A stretch of DNA of 64,000 nt. It comes from Spirochaetia bacterium (GTDB lineage: Bacteria; Spirochaetota; Spirochaetia; SZUA-6; Bin103). The position numbers and the translations under genes were made by a program. The notes under the pieces are model-generated. The model was not told the DNA's origin. It saw only the letters and a program-made list of their open reading frames with translations, and did not search any database. This document shows, one piece after another, positions 32,600 through 44,630 of this stretch. Positions within the stretch are counted from its first letter, which is position 1. Each line of letters starts with the position of its first letter. The stretch covers positions 320,001-384,000 of the forward strand of contig CBDAOI010000003.1 in the NCBI GenBank assembly GCA_965198005.1. The letters run 5' to 3'.

Positions 32600-33715
32600 A
32601 TGAGAACTGAAGGACACCCGACCAGCGGGACTGCGATCTCACCCGCCGACGGTCCTGTCGCCGTCACCGGCGCGAGCGGGTATATCGGCTCCTGGATCGT
32701 CTACGATCTGATGGCGCAAGGCTACCGCGTCCACGCCTGCGTGCGGGACTTGAACAATCCTGCGAAGGTCGACCATCTGACCGCGCTCAACAACGATCGC
32801 GACCTGCGTGGCGAGGTCGAGCTGTTTCGCGGCGAGCTGTTCGAGCGCGGCAGCTACGACGCCGCGTTCGCAGGCTGCAGCGCGGTGCTCCACGCCGGCG
32901 CGACAGTCGGATACAACCGTGAAACGCCGCAGGAGGTGTACGACGGGTGCTTCACCGAGAACGACCACGTGCTCGCCGCGGCGCGAAAGTCCGACAGTCT
33001 CAAGCGCTTCGTCTTCACCAGCTCGTTCGCCGCAGTCAGCCATCCGCGACCAGCCGGGTACGTCTTCACCGAGAAGGACTGGTGTGGCGACAACCTCGAG
33101 GCCTACCGCGGGAGCTGGACCGAGGATCGCATTCCGGAAAACCGCGATCTCGCCTACGCCATGGCCAAGGCCAACACCGAGCGCATGATCTACCAGGCGG
33201 CCGAACAGGACGGCAGCTTCGACGCGATGGCCATCCTGCCGGTGCACGTGATCGGCCCGCTGATGAGCGCCAACCATGACCAGGGCTGGAGCTGGCAGAA
33301 CTGCATGAAGTTCATGATGGCGGGGCAGCCCTATAAGAAGACGTCCGGCGGCCGCATGCTGTGGAACATCGTCGACGTGCGCGACGCGGGCAAGGCCCAC
33401 CGCCTCGCGGCCGAGAGCACCACCGCAACGAATGGCTCGCGCTACATCCTGTCGGCCAGGGACCGCTCCGGGGAAGTCTTCACCTGGCAGCTGCAGCAGC
33501 GCCTCCACGAGCTCTTTCCCGGGGTGCAGGAGATCGGCGGCGAGGAGATGGAAGGCGATCGGCCCGCCAAGGACACCCACGATGCGCCGCGCTCGTATTG
33601 CCTGCTGGCGATGCAGGAGTTCGGCCTCGTGCCCCACGCCGCCGACGACACCATCCGCGCGACCATCGATTCATACTACGCGACCATCGCTCGGGCTGAT
33701 TCCCTCCTAGCGTGA
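32600..33715 (+). CDS. NAD-dependent epimerase/dehydratase (extended SDR)
   Basis: VTGASGYIG, TSSFAAV, YAMAK, VDVRD. Confidence 0.88.
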   Translation: MRTEGHPTSGTAISPADGPVAVTGASGYIGSWIVYDLMAQGYRVHACVRDLNNPAKVDHLTALNNDRDLRGEVELFRGELFERGSYDAAFAGCSAVLHAGATVGYNRETPQEVYDGCFTENDHVLAAARKSDSLKRFVFTSSFAAVSHPRPAGYVFTEKDWCGDNLEAYRGSWTEDRIPENRDLAYAMAKANTERMIYQAAEQDGSFDAMAILPVHVIGPLMSANHDQGWSWQNCMKFMMAGQPYKKTSGGRMLWNIVDVRDAGKAHRLAAESTTATNGSRYILSARDRSGEVFTWQLQQRLHELFPGVQEIGGEEMEGDRPAKDTHDAPRSYCLLAMQEFGLVPHAADDTIRATIDSYYATIARADSLLA

Positions 33716-33719
33716 GTTT

Positions 33720-34488
33720 CCTAGTTATCCCACGCGTGTGATGGCATGGGCCAGATAACTTGTTATGGTATAGTAAGTTACAGACCTACCAGTCGGACGG
33801 AACCCGGTATACACTGAGAGGGGTGCTGTCAGGGATGGGCGTGTTGGTATACGTCAAGTAGTCGGCACAGTTTGTCTTGCAGGGAGGAGCGTTCAGAGAG
33901 CACGTATTGGGCTCGGTAGCGTCCTCTGGTAGCCTTCTGTGGCGCGGCGTAGAGGTTGACCACTTCGGTCACGCCGCTGAGTTCCGCCAGTAGTTGCTCA
34001 ATGGTAAGTGGATGCCCGCCGTGGGCCGCCTTGCGTTGCAGCAGCGAACTCAGCAGCAGTGCCAGCACACAATAGAACACGTGTACGCGCAGCTTCTGAT
34101 CGGTCCAGTGAAAGGCCGGCGAGAAGCTCACCCAGTGGGGATTCTTCATCTGCTTGAACGCCCGCTCCACATGATGTTGTGCGCGGCTGGCTAAGATGAT
34201 GTCTTGGTCGCTCCACGAGTCGTTGTCGGTGCACAGGATGCGCTTGCCCAAGCGCCTGCGTTGCAAGCGCTGGTACGCTGCCCAATCGGTGCGAAATCGG
34301 AAACTGAGGGTTCCGTCGGATTCGCTGATCTGAATCTTGAGAATTTGCGCTACGTACTGACCCGAGGTGATCGTGTCGAAATGCTTCTGCAAGGATGCTC
34401 TGCTGTAGCCTTTGCCGTTTGCCCCCGGTTGCTGGCTGCGCGCCAGCTTCCTCCGCAACGCGCGCAGTGCAGCGCGCTTCTTGCGCAA
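33720..34488 (-). mobile_element. IS1634-family transposase C-terminal remnant with element end
   Basis: GKRILCTD...QHHVERAFKQMK...FHWTDQKLRVHVFYCVLALLL. Confidence 0.8.
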
Positions 34489-34588
34489 CGCTCGGCCGCA
34501 TGCGTCGTCGTCTTGACACTACGACCCCACTCTCATTCACCGAGAATCGCTGTCCGGACGACCACCGCCGACCGGTGTTTCACCGTCA

Positions 34589-34604
34589 TGTTTCCCGTGA
34601 AACA
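34589..34604. promoter_or_regulatory. parS site (one mismatch)
   Basis: TGTTTCCCGTGAAACA vs consensus TGTTTCACGTGAAACA. Confidence 0.8.
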
Positions 34605-34700
34605 TTATCGGCGGCCGGCGTCACGCGCTTGGCGACCGCAATCATACCGCAGAGACGGAGCGCAGTAGTCGGCATACTCGCCGTTGAGGCGGCACACCCC

Positions 34701-34717
34701 GGGGGGGGGGGGGGGGG
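34701..34717 (+). repeat. G17 homopolymer
   Basis: 17 consecutive G. Confidence 0.9.
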
Positions 34718-34834
34718 CACTTGTTGATTGCACGCGCATCCGCTTATATTCTTTCGGGGTGAGGAGACGACAAACCATGGCTCTGCCAAACAGGCCGCGC
34801 GATCCGCGTAGCGGCGGTTCGGCTACCGTATTAC

Positions 34835-35194
34835 TTGCTGAGCTACGCACTGGTCGTGGGCACGGTTACGGTGGCCGCCTCCATTGGCACAGTAACCGGG
34901 GGGTTTTGGGCTGCCGCAGTGGCTATTGCCGAACTGCTGGCCAAGGTAGCAACCGGAACCATTGGGGCTTTGATAGTAGTGGAGGGAGCGATAATGGGCT
35001 TGACCAAGGTATTGTTCGAGAAGGCACGACAACAAGCACGGGATGAAGGCCTTCGGCAGGGCGTCCGGCAGGGCATCCGGCAGGGCATCCGGCAGGGCGT
35101 CCAGCAGGGCGTCCAGCAGGAGCGGGACCGGCTGCGTAAAGCCGGAGTAGAGATACCGCCCGACAAAGACAACCGAGAAAAGCCAGCCCAATAA
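34835..35194 (+). CDS. small putative membrane protein with (R/Q)QG(V/I) repeats; start uncertain
   Basis: hydrophobic N-terminal half; 12-bp tandem repeats at 35054-35120. Confidence 0.55.
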   Translation: MLSYALVVGTVTVAASIGTVTGGFWAAAVAIAELLAKVATGTIGALIVVEGAIMGLTKVLFEKARQQARDEGLRQGVRQGIRQGIRQGVQQGVQQERDRLRKAGVEIPPDKDNREKPAQ

Positions 35195-35208
35195 CCACCG
35201 CCCATCAG

Positions 35209-35222
35209 GTTTCACGTGAAAC
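35209..35222. promoter_or_regulatory. parS site
   Basis: perfect palindrome GTTTCACGTGAAAC. Confidence 0.88.
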
Positions 35223-35237
35223 TAGCGGCGGCCGGCG

Positions 35238-37664
35238 TCACGCTTCCTTGGCGGCGCGTGCGATGCCGGCGACGCTGTCGTTCTCGGCCAACTTGACGAT
35301 CCGCACGCCGAGGCCGATGCGGCTGCGCACCCGCACCTCTTCGAGGTGCAGCTTCACCACCTGGCCGAGCGTGGTCACGCATACCAGATCGTCGTCCGGG
35401 TAGGTCGCGATCATGCTCACCACGGGGCCGGTCTTGGGCGTGTCGCGATAGCAGATCTGGCCGCCGGTGCCGCGGCGGTAGCGCCGCAACGCGTCGAACT
35501 CCATCCGCTTGCCGATGCCGCGCTCGCTCACGATCAGCAACTGGCGCTGCTGATCCGCGGTCGCCGCGCCCACCACGCGGTCCGAAGCTTGCAGCCGTAT
35601 CCCCCTCACCCCGCGCGTGGCGCGCCCCATGGCCCGCACCTCGGTCTCGGCAAAGCGCAGCGCCCGCCCGGAGCGCGCGATCACCACCACGTCGCGCCGG
35701 CCGTCGGTCAGCATCGCCGATACCAGATGATCGCCCGCGTCGAGGTTGATCGCCGCCACCCCGCGCCGCCGCGCATTGGAGAACTCCTTGGTGCGCACCT
35801 TCTTGGCCACGCCGGCGGCGGTGACCATGAGCAGGTGATCCTCGGTAGTGAACTTCTTGAGCGACACGATCGCGGTGACCTCTTCGTCGTCCGCCATCGC
35901 CAGCATCGAGCGGATATCCTGCCCCACGGACTGGCGCGTCCGCTCCGGCAGCTCGTACACCTTCAACCAGTACGCCTTGCCGGCACTGGTGATGAACAGC
36001 ACGTAGTCGTGGGTCGATCCGATGAAGATCTGGGTGATGAAGTCGGCGCCGCGCAGCCGCGTGCCCGCGCCTTTGCCGCCGCGCAGCTGCCGCCGATAGC
36101 TGTTGGCGGGAATGCGCTTGATGATGCCGCGGTTCGAGATCACCACGACCACGTCCTGCTGCTCGATCAGGTCCTCTTCATCGAAATCCTCGATCTCGGT
36201 GTCCACCACCTCGCTGCGCCGCTCGTCGCCGAAACGGCGCGCCACCTCCTGGGTCTCCTTCTTGACGACGTCGAGGATCTTCTGGTCGCTGGCCAGCAGC
36301 GCGCCCAGCTCCGCGATCTGGCGGCGCACCTGCTCCAGCTCCTCCATTACCCGCCGCGACTCGAGACTGGTGAGCCGCTGCAGGCGCATGTCCAGAATCG
36401 CCTGCGCCTGCTTCTGCGACAGCTCGAACCGCGCGCGCAGGCTGCTGCGGGCGAGCTCCACCGTGCGGCTGCCGCGGATGATGCGGACCACCTCGTCGAT
36501 GTTGTCCAGCGCGATCTTGAGCCCTTCGAGGATGTGCTCCCGCGCCTCCGCCTGCTTGAGGTCGTAGCGCGCGCGCCGGGTCACCACCCGTTTTCGATGC
36601 TGAACGAAGTGCCAGATCAGGTCGCGCAGGTTGAGCACCCGCGGCTGTCCGTCGACCAGCGCCAGGCTGTTGATGCTGAACGAGTCCTGCAGGGCGGTAA
36701 GCTGGAACAGCTTGTTCAGGACCACCCGCGGCTCGACCCCCCGGCGCAGCTCGATCACCACCCGCATACCCTTGCGATCCGACTCGTCGCGCAGATCGGC
36801 GATCCCCTCCAGCCGGCGCTCCCGGTACAGCTCGCCGATGCGGACGATCAGGTTCTTCTTGTTCACCTGATAGGGCAACTCCGTGACCACGATCGCCTCG
36901 CGCCCGCTGGGCAGCGTTTCCGCCGCGGTGCGCGCGCGCACCACCACCCGGCCCTTGCCGGTGGTGTACGCATCCTCCATGCCCTTGCGCCCGAAGATGA
37001 TGCCGCCGGTGGGGAAATCGGGGCCGGAGACGTGGCGCATCAGGTCGCGCGCGGTCAGCCGCGGATTGGCGATCAGCGCCAGAATCCCGCGCGTGACCTC
37101 ACACAGGTTGTGCGGCGCGATGTTGGTGGCCATCCCCACCGCGATGCCGGTGGACCCGTTGACAAGCAGGAACGGCAACGCCGCCGGCAGCACCGTCGGC
37201 TCGGTCATGGAATCGTCGTAGTTGGGTCCGAAGTCGACCGTATCCTTGCCGATGTCGCGCAGCATCGGCTCCGACACCGGGGCCAGGCGCGCTTCGGTGT
37301 ACCGCATCGCGGCCGGCGGGTCGCCGTCGACCGAGCCGAAGTTGCCCTGTCCGTCCACGATCGGATACCGCAGGGAGAACGGCTGCGCCATCCGCACCAG
37401 CGCCTCGTACAACGCCTGGTCGCCGTGCGGGTGGTACTTCCCGAGCACGTCGCCCACCAGCCGCGCCGTCTTCTTGTAGGGACGATCGGGCCGCAGCCCC
37501 ATGTCGTCCATCGCGTACAGCAGCCGCCGGTGGACCGGCTTGAGTCCGTCGCGTACGTCGGGCAGCGCGCGGCTGACGATCACCGACATCGCGTAGGTGA
37601 GATAGGAGTCGCGAACCTCGTCCTCGATCGCTACCGGGATGACCTCTCCGGTGAGCTGTGCCAA
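35238..37664 (-). CDS. gyrA: DNA gyrase subunit A
   Basis: YHPHGD, AAMRYTE, GyrA-box QLRGGKG. Confidence 0.96.
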   Translation of the reverse strand: MAQLTGEVIPVAIEDEVRDSYLTYAMSVIVSRALPDVRDGLKPVHRRLLYAMDDMGLRPDRPYKKTARLVGDVLGKYHPHGDQALYEALVRMAQPFSLRYPIVDGQGNFGSVDGDPPAAMRYTEARLAPVSEPMLRDIGKDTVDFGPNYDDSMTEPTVLPAALPFLLVNGSTGIAVGMATNIAPHNLCEVTRGILALIANPRLTARDLMRHVSGPDFPTGGIIFGRKGMEDAYTTGKGRVVVRARTAAETLPSGREAIVVTELPYQVNKKNLIVRIGELYRERRLEGIADLRDESDRKGMRVVIELRRGVEPRVVLNKLFQLTALQDSFSINSLALVDGQPRVLNLRDLIWHFVQHRKRVVTRRARYDLKQAEAREHILEGLKIALDNIDEVVRIIRGSRTVELARSSLRARFELSQKQAQAILDMRLQRLTSLESRRVMEELEQVRRQIAELGALLASDQKILDVVKKETQEVARRFGDERRSEVVDTEIEDFDEEDLIEQQDVVVVISNRGIIKRIPANSYRRQLRGGKGAGTRLRGADFITQIFIGSTHDYVLFITSAGKAYWLKVYELPERTRQSVGQDIRSMLAMADDEEVTAIVSLKKFTTEDHLLMVTAAGVAKKVRTKEFSNARRRGVAAINLDAGDHLVSAMLTDGRRDVVVIARSGRALRFAETEVRAMGRATRGVRGIRLQASDRVVGAATADQQRQLLIVSERGIGKRMEFDALRRYRRGTGGQICYRDTPKTGPVVSMIATYPDDDLVCVTTLGQVVKLHLEEVRVRSRIGLGVRIVKLAENDSVAGIARAAKEA

Positions 37665-37707
37665 TCAGGGGCCTCCTGCTTCCGCTTCCTGCGTCCCGCG
37701 TCCGCCG

Positions 37708-39678
<1,971 letters not shown>

Positions 39679-39760
39679 CTATCGAGAATTACCTGCTCTC
39701 GCCACGCGCCTCGATGATAGCGCGAACCGAGCCCGACGTAAACCGGCCGACCGGGTGGCG

Positions 39761-40435
39761 TCAGGAACGGTCTCCCACGTAGATCACGCGGATCTGCTTG
39801 TACGGACCATCCCCCTCGCTCTCGGTGTTCACCTCGGCCATTTCTCCGAGGGCCGCGTGCACCAGCCGGCGCTCGAACGGGTTGAGCGGCGCCAACAGCC
39901 GCGATCGGCCGGTGCGGCGCACCTCCCGCGCCGCGCGCGTCGCCATCCGCAGCAGGCTCTGTTCCCGCCGGTAGCGATAGTCCTCCGTGTCGAGCACCAC
40001 CCGCACCGGCGCGCTCTCCGGGTTGATGCGGCCGGCGTAGATGTTGGCCACCAGTTGCAGCGACTCCAGCGTGGCGCCGTGCTTGCCGATCACGATCGCC
40101 GGATCGTCGGCGATGATCTCCACGACCAGTTGCCCGTGCTCGCGCTGGTCGATCCGGACCTCCGCCGCCAGGCTCGCGCGCTCCAGCATGGAGGACACGA
40201 ACTCGAGCACGCGTTCCTCGAATTCGTTCTCGGGCTCGAGCGTGTCGACCTCGCCCTCGTCTTCGGCGAGATGGACCCGGATGCGTACCTTTCCGCCCTT
40301 GAGAAAACCCGGGCGTTGTTCCTCCACCACCTCGACGTCGATTTCGTCCTGTTCGAGCCCGAGGGCGGCGATCGCCTTGGCGATCGCCTCCTGCTCGGTG
40401 CGCCCCTCGTATTCCCGTTCCGCCATACGGTTCAT
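39761..40435 (-). CDS. jag: Jag/EloR RNA-binding protein
   Basis: KH motif IGKHG, R3H motif ERRLVH. Confidence 0.93.
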   Translation of the reverse strand: MNRMAEREYEGRTEQEAIAKAIAALGLEQDEIDVEVVEEQRPGFLKGGKVRIRVHLAEDEGEVDTLEPENEFEERVLEFVSSMLERASLAAEVRIDQREHGQLVVEIIADDPAIVIGKHGATLESLQLVANIYAGRINPESAPVRVVLDTEDYRYRREQSLLRMATRAAREVRRTGRSRLLAPLNPFERRLVHAALGEMAEVNTESEGDGPYKQIRVIYVGDRS

Positions 40436-42219
40436 CTCCTGGGTCTGCCACCCGGGTTGCGCCCGGACGCCGGTGCCGCGCCCCCACCTGGACCGGCCCG
40501 TCGTCGTTTGTCGTTGATATAGAGTTGCTGCACGATCTGCAGCACGTTCTGCATCGTCCAGTAAATCACCAGTCCCGACGGCATGCTGTACAGGATGAAG
40601 AAGAAGAAAATCGGCATGGCGTACATCATCATCTTCATGTGTCCCTGGACGGCGCTCGGATTCTGCGTGATCCGCGACTGGAGCAGCGTCGTGCCGAGCA
40701 TCACGAACGGAAGAATCCTCAGCTCGTCCCAGCCCAGCATCGGCACCGTGAACCCGAGCGGGAGAAAGCTCTCCGGCGCCGACAGGTCGCCGATCCAGGG
40801 GGCGATGAACGGCGCCCCGCGCAGGTCAAACGCATTGTTCAGTAAATCAAACAGGGCAAAGAAAATAGGCATCTGCAACAGAAGCGGCAGGCAGCCTCCG
40901 ATCGGGTTCACGCCCTCCTTCCGGTAGAGCGCCATCATCTCCTGGTTCAGCTTTTCCGGCTTGCCCTGGTAGCGTTTCTTGAGTTCCTCGATCTTGGGGC
41001 CCAGCAGCGACATCTTGCTGGTCGACTCCAGGCTCTTCTGGGTGAGGGGGAAGAACAGGATCTTGATCACCACGGTGAGCAGAATGATCGCCACCCCGTA
41101 GTTGGGCACCAGCCGGTAGAACAGATCGAGCATGAAGCGCAGGATGTTCGCCAGCCAGCCGATGATCGGATTGGAGCGGGCGGCTTCCTCGAACCGGTAG
41201 TTGCCGATCCCGAACGGGTCGCGGCTGGCGTCGTTGTAGCGATTGAGGATCTCTCGCTTCAACGGACCGGCGTAGAAGCGGAAGGTGTCGACGCTGGTGG
41301 AACCGGTGAGCAGCGGCCGGCTGAAGTAGAGCGCCGAGCGGCGGATCAGCTCGGGATCCCCGCGATTGTCGTAGGTGATCGTGTACAGGGTGGCGTCAGG
41401 CACGGCGATCACCGCGAAGTACTTGCCCGCGATCGCGGTCCAGGTGACGCGCTTGGCCTCCGCCAGGACCTGCTCGCGCCGCATGCGCTGGTTCGAGGCC
41501 TTGTTGTCCACGAAGTTGCGAAAGTTGCGAAACTCGTTGCGGCCGTCGAGCGATTCGTAGGCCGGTCCGATCTGGGGACCGATTCCCAGGGTGTAGGCGT
41601 AGCCGCCGAAGTCCAGCATGGGCACGCGGTTGCGGCTGTTCTCGATCTCGATCTTGAGCTCGAACAGATAGGAGTTGGGCGGAAACGTGTAGGTCTTGGC
41701 GAGCGTGAACGGCACGCCGTCCGGACCGATCAGCTCGCGCGAGAAGCGCCAACTGTAGCGGTCCACCTCCTGCAAGGTGAAGCTGTCGTCCACCGGGGCC
41801 GTCCGGAAATCGCCGAACGCCACGGTGAAGAAGTGGTCGCGCTCCGGGTGCAGCACGAGTTGCACCCGCTCGCCGCCCACGTCGCGATGCTGCTTCAGGC
41901 TCATCGAAGTGAGGTCGCCGCCGGCGGTGGAGAAAATCAGGCTGTACAGCTCGGTTTCCTTGGTGATCAGCCGGGCGCCCACCGCGCTGTCGGTGTCGGC
42001 CGCCGTTACCGTGCTCCGGGCCAGGGCGGACCCGCTTGGCGCCCCGCCCTGCTGCTGGATCTCGGCCGGCCCCGGTTCGCCCGCCACCGCCCCCCCAACC
42101 GGCCCCCCGGAGGCGCGGCCGTCCGACGCGTCGTCGGGGAACATGACGTTCTGCACCACGAGGCTGGCGACGATGATCACGACCGACAGGCCGACCGCGA
42201 GCATGGTTTTGCGATCCAT
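40432..42219 (-). CDS. yidC: membrane protein insertase YidC
   Basis: NYGVAIILLT, GGCLPLLLQMP, PSGLVIYW. Confidence 0.95.
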   Translation of the reverse strand: MDRKTMLAVGLSVVIIVASLVVQNVMFPDDASDGRASGGPVGGAVAGEPGPAEIQQQGGAPSGSALARSTVTAADTDSAVGARLITKETELYSLIFSTAGGDLTSMSLKQHRDVGGERVQLVLHPERDHFFTVAFGDFRTAPVDDSFTLQEVDRYSWRFSRELIGPDGVPFTLAKTYTFPPNSYLFELKIEIENSRNRVPMLDFGGYAYTLGIGPQIGPAYESLDGRNEFRNFRNFVDNKASNQRMRREQVLAEAKRVTWTAIAGKYFAVIAVPDATLYTITYDNRGDPELIRRSALYFSRPLLTGSTSVDTFRFYAGPLKREILNRYNDASRDPFGIGNYRFEEAARSNPIIGWLANILRFMLDLFYRLVPNYGVAIILLTVVIKILFFPLTQKSLESTSKMSLLGPKIEELKKRYQGKPEKLNQEMMALYRKEGVNPIGGCLPLLLQMPIFFALFDLLNNAFDLRGAPFIAPWIGDLSAPESFLPLGFTVPMLGWDELRILPFVMLGTTLLQSRITQNPSAVQGHMKMMMYAMPIFFFFILYSMPSGLVIYWTMQNVLQIVQQLYINDKRRRAGPGGGAAPASGRNPGGRPRR

Positions 42220-42237
42220 ATGGAGGCTAAGCGATCA

Positions 42238-42456
42238 TCAGGGGACCGGGTCGTAGCCGCCGCGCTGGAACGGGTGGCAGCGAAGCACGCGCCGCAGGCC
42301 CAGCGCCGCGCCCTTCAACGCCCCGTGCCGGCGCACGGCCTCGGCGGCGTACTGGGAGCAGGTCGGATAGTACCGGCAGCTTGGCGGAAACAGTGGCGAC
42401 AGCAGGAGCTGGTACCCGCGCACCACGACGATCACCACGCGCGCGGGCAGGCTCAC
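42238..42456 (-). CDS. yidD: membrane protein insertion efficiency factor
   Basis: [22 protein letters not shown]. Confidence 0.95.
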   Translation of the reverse strand: MSLPARVVIVVVRGYQLLLSPLFPPSCRYYPTCSQYAAEAVRRHGALKGAALGLRRVLRCHPFQRGGYDPVP

Positions 42457-42484
42457 CCCGCCCTCCGCGCCGGCATGGCGGCCT

Positions 42485-42892
42485 TCAGCCACGGCGCAGC
42501 AACCCCGCGTCATGCAGCAGCCTGCCCAGCGCCGCGCCCGCGCCGACGACCCCAAGCTCGCGGCGCCGCACACCGACCTGGAGCAGCAGGTCGTAACCGG
42601 GCGCCACCCGTGGCTTGAGCAGGCGATACGCTTCGCGCACCAGCCGCCGCTGCCGGTTGCGCGCCACCGCGGACCGATAGCCGCGGCCTGGACACACCAC
42701 TACCCGGCTGAGGGCCGCCCCATTCGGGGCAAAGCACACCCGCAGACCGGCGCAACGCGGCGTACCGAAGGCGCGGTACAGGGCCCGTACCCGGCGCGGA
42801 TCGGTAACGCGCTCCGCTCTCGGGAGCCGGAATGCCTGGCGCGCGACGCACGCGGGGCCGGGCCACGGTACGCTAGTACGGCTTCTTTTCAT
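42485..42892 (-). CDS. rnpA: ribonuclease P protein; ATG overlaps the end of rpmH
   Basis: [13 protein letters not shown] motif. Confidence 0.85.
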   Translation of the reverse strand: MKRSRTSVPWPGPACVARQAFRLPRAERVTDPRRVRALYRAFGTPRCAGLRVCFAPNGAALSRVVVCPGRGYRSAVARNRQRRLVREAYRLLKPRVAPGYDLLLQVGVRRRELGVVGAGAALGRLLHDAGLLRRG

Positions 42893-43028
42893 CCGAAACG
42901 GTGAGCTTGCTACGGCCCTTGCGCCGCCGCCGCTTGAGAATGTTGCGGCCGGCACGGGTACGCATTCGTTCACGGAATCCGAATCTGCGCCGCCGTCGGG
43001 TGCGGCTTGGTTGAAAAGTACGTTTCAT
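42873..43028 (-). CDS. rpmH: 50S ribosomal protein L34 (absent from the ORF track)
   Basis: MKRTFQPS...[35 protein letters not shown]. Confidence 0.97.
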   Translation of the reverse strand: MKRTFQPSRTRRRRRFGFRERMRTRAGRNILKRRRRKGRSKLTVSDEKKPY

Positions 43029-43098
43029 GTGGATCTCGGGACTTGAACGGCGTCAGGATGCTTCAGCGGTTGAATATACGGATTGGGACGCCGCAGCG

Positions 43099-43551
43099 TC
43101 AACGCCGTAGGCGAATCAGCCGGCCGTAAAGGCGGGTCAATACGTCCGCCAGGGCTGCATCGCCGCGCAGGTTGTCGGGCAAGGCCGGGGCCGGCGGCGG
43201 CCGCTCGGCGTGCGCGTCGACCGCCGCCGCGCGTTCCTCCGCCGGCTCGTCCCGCACCGCGCCCACCCCCGCGCCGACCACCACCTGCAGCCGCCGCACC
43301 CCAAGCACCGGGAAGCGCCGTTGTATGCGCCGCAGGATGGTGCGCTGGCGCATCCGTATGAGTTGCAGACTGGCCGGGTGGTCGACCTCCACCAACAGCC
43401 GGCCGTGGTCGATGTCGCGCAGCCGTGCGCGGCCGGCAAGGTCGGCACCGAGGAGCTCGTCCCAGGTCCGGTAGATGAGCGTCTGCGGAGCGCGCGGATC
43501 GACGCCCGCGCGCGTCAGCACCTCCTTCAGGAGGTCGCCGGCACGGTACAT
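43099..43551 (-). CDS. dciA: DUF721/DciA family protein
   Basis: W.ELLG..LA...LLVEVDHP; position after recF. Confidence 0.8.
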   Translation of the reverse strand: MYRAGDLLKEVLTRAGVDPRAPQTLIYRTWDELLGADLAGRARLRDIDHGRLLVEVDHPASLQLIRMRQRTILRRIQRRFPVLGVRRLQVVVGAGVGAVRDEPAEERAAAVDAHAERPPPAPALPDNLRGDAALADVLTRLYGRLIRLRR

Positions 43552-44624
43552 TCCGCGAACCTTCCCGCCGTCACGTCCAGCACCAGGGTCCTGTTCTTTC
43601 GGTACCGATCGTGCGGCTCGTCCGGTAGAAAGGTAAAGAACGCCTGTTCGTACGGCGGCAGGTGCTGCAGGAACCGCTCGCGCTTGCCCGCGTCCAGCTC
43701 CAGCAGCACGTCGTCGAGCAGCAACAGCGGCAGCCGACCGGTCATGCGGTGAAAGAACTCCGCCTGCGCGACGCGCAGCACCAGCGCAGCCAGCCGCTTC
43801 TGGCCGGTGGATCCGTGCGTCGTGAACCGTACCCCGTCGAGCTGGAGCATGAACTCGTCACGGTGCGGCCCGCTGGTGGTCGTACGCAACTGCACGTCGC
43901 GTTGGCGTCGCCGCCCGAGCAGTGCCTGCGCCTCCGCCACGGTCGTCGGGCACGGCCACGACGGCCGGTAGCTGATGGTGGCCGCGTCGATGCCGCCGAT
44001 ACGGGCGCACAGATCCGTAAACACCGGTGCGAACTGCGCGCAGCATGCCGCCCGCCGTTCGGTCAGTTCCAGCCCGATCGCGGCCAACTGCGGTTCGTAC
44101 ACCTCCACGTGACCGGTGTCGCCCGCGCGCAACAGCGCATTGCGGGCGCGCAGCGTCCGGCGATACCGGCGCAGCGGGTCGAGGTACCGGGTATCGAACA
44201 GCGACAGGGTCTGATCGAAGAACGTCCGGCGCCGCTCGGGATCCCCGTCGATGATGCGCAAGTCCTCGTGGGTAAAGGCTATGGCCGGTGCGAACGAGAT
44301 CAGGCTCGCGCGATCGCGCAACGGCTTCCCGTCCACCACGATCCGCTTGCCGACGCCCGGCTGCAGACTTACTCCGACCGCGCGCAGATCGCCGCCGGCT
44401 GCCATTCGGCCCCATACCGTCGCGCCGGCCGCGTTGCGCCGAATCAGGTCGCGGTCGTTGCGGGTGCGGAAGGACGCGCCGAAACACAAGACGTAGACCG
44501 CCTCCAGGAAGTTGGTCTTGCCCTGACCGTTGTTTCCGACCAGAAACACGTCCCGACCGTCGACCTCCACGCGCGCGTCGGCGACGTTCCGGAACTCCGC
44601 CAGCCGCAGGGATAGCAGGCCCAA
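43527..44624 (-). CDS. recF: DNA replication/repair protein RecF
   Basis: GNNGQGKTN, GPHRDE, GSTGQKR, LLLDDV. Confidence 0.96.
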   Translation of the reverse strand: MGLLSLRLAEFRNVADARVEVDGRDVFLVGNNGQGKTNFLEAVYVLCFGASFRTRNDRDLIRRNAAGATVWGRMAAGGDLRAVGVSLQPGVGKRIVVDGKPLRDRASLISFAPAIAFTHEDLRIIDGDPERRRTFFDQTLSLFDTRYLDPLRRYRRTLRARNALLRAGDTGHVEVYEPQLAAIGLELTERRAACCAQFAPVFTDLCARIGGIDAATISYRPSWPCPTTVAEAQALLGRRRQRDVQLRTTTSGPHRDEFMLQLDGVRFTTHGSTGQKRLAALVLRVAQAEFFHRMTGRLPLLLLDDVLLELDAGKRERFLQHLPPYEQAFFTFLPDEPHDRYRKNRTLVLDVTAGRFAECTVPATS

Positions 44625-44630
44625 CCGCGG

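Noticed and set aside
33756-33785. dif/Xer site
   Set aside because: Poor match to the XerC/XerD arms and located near oriC
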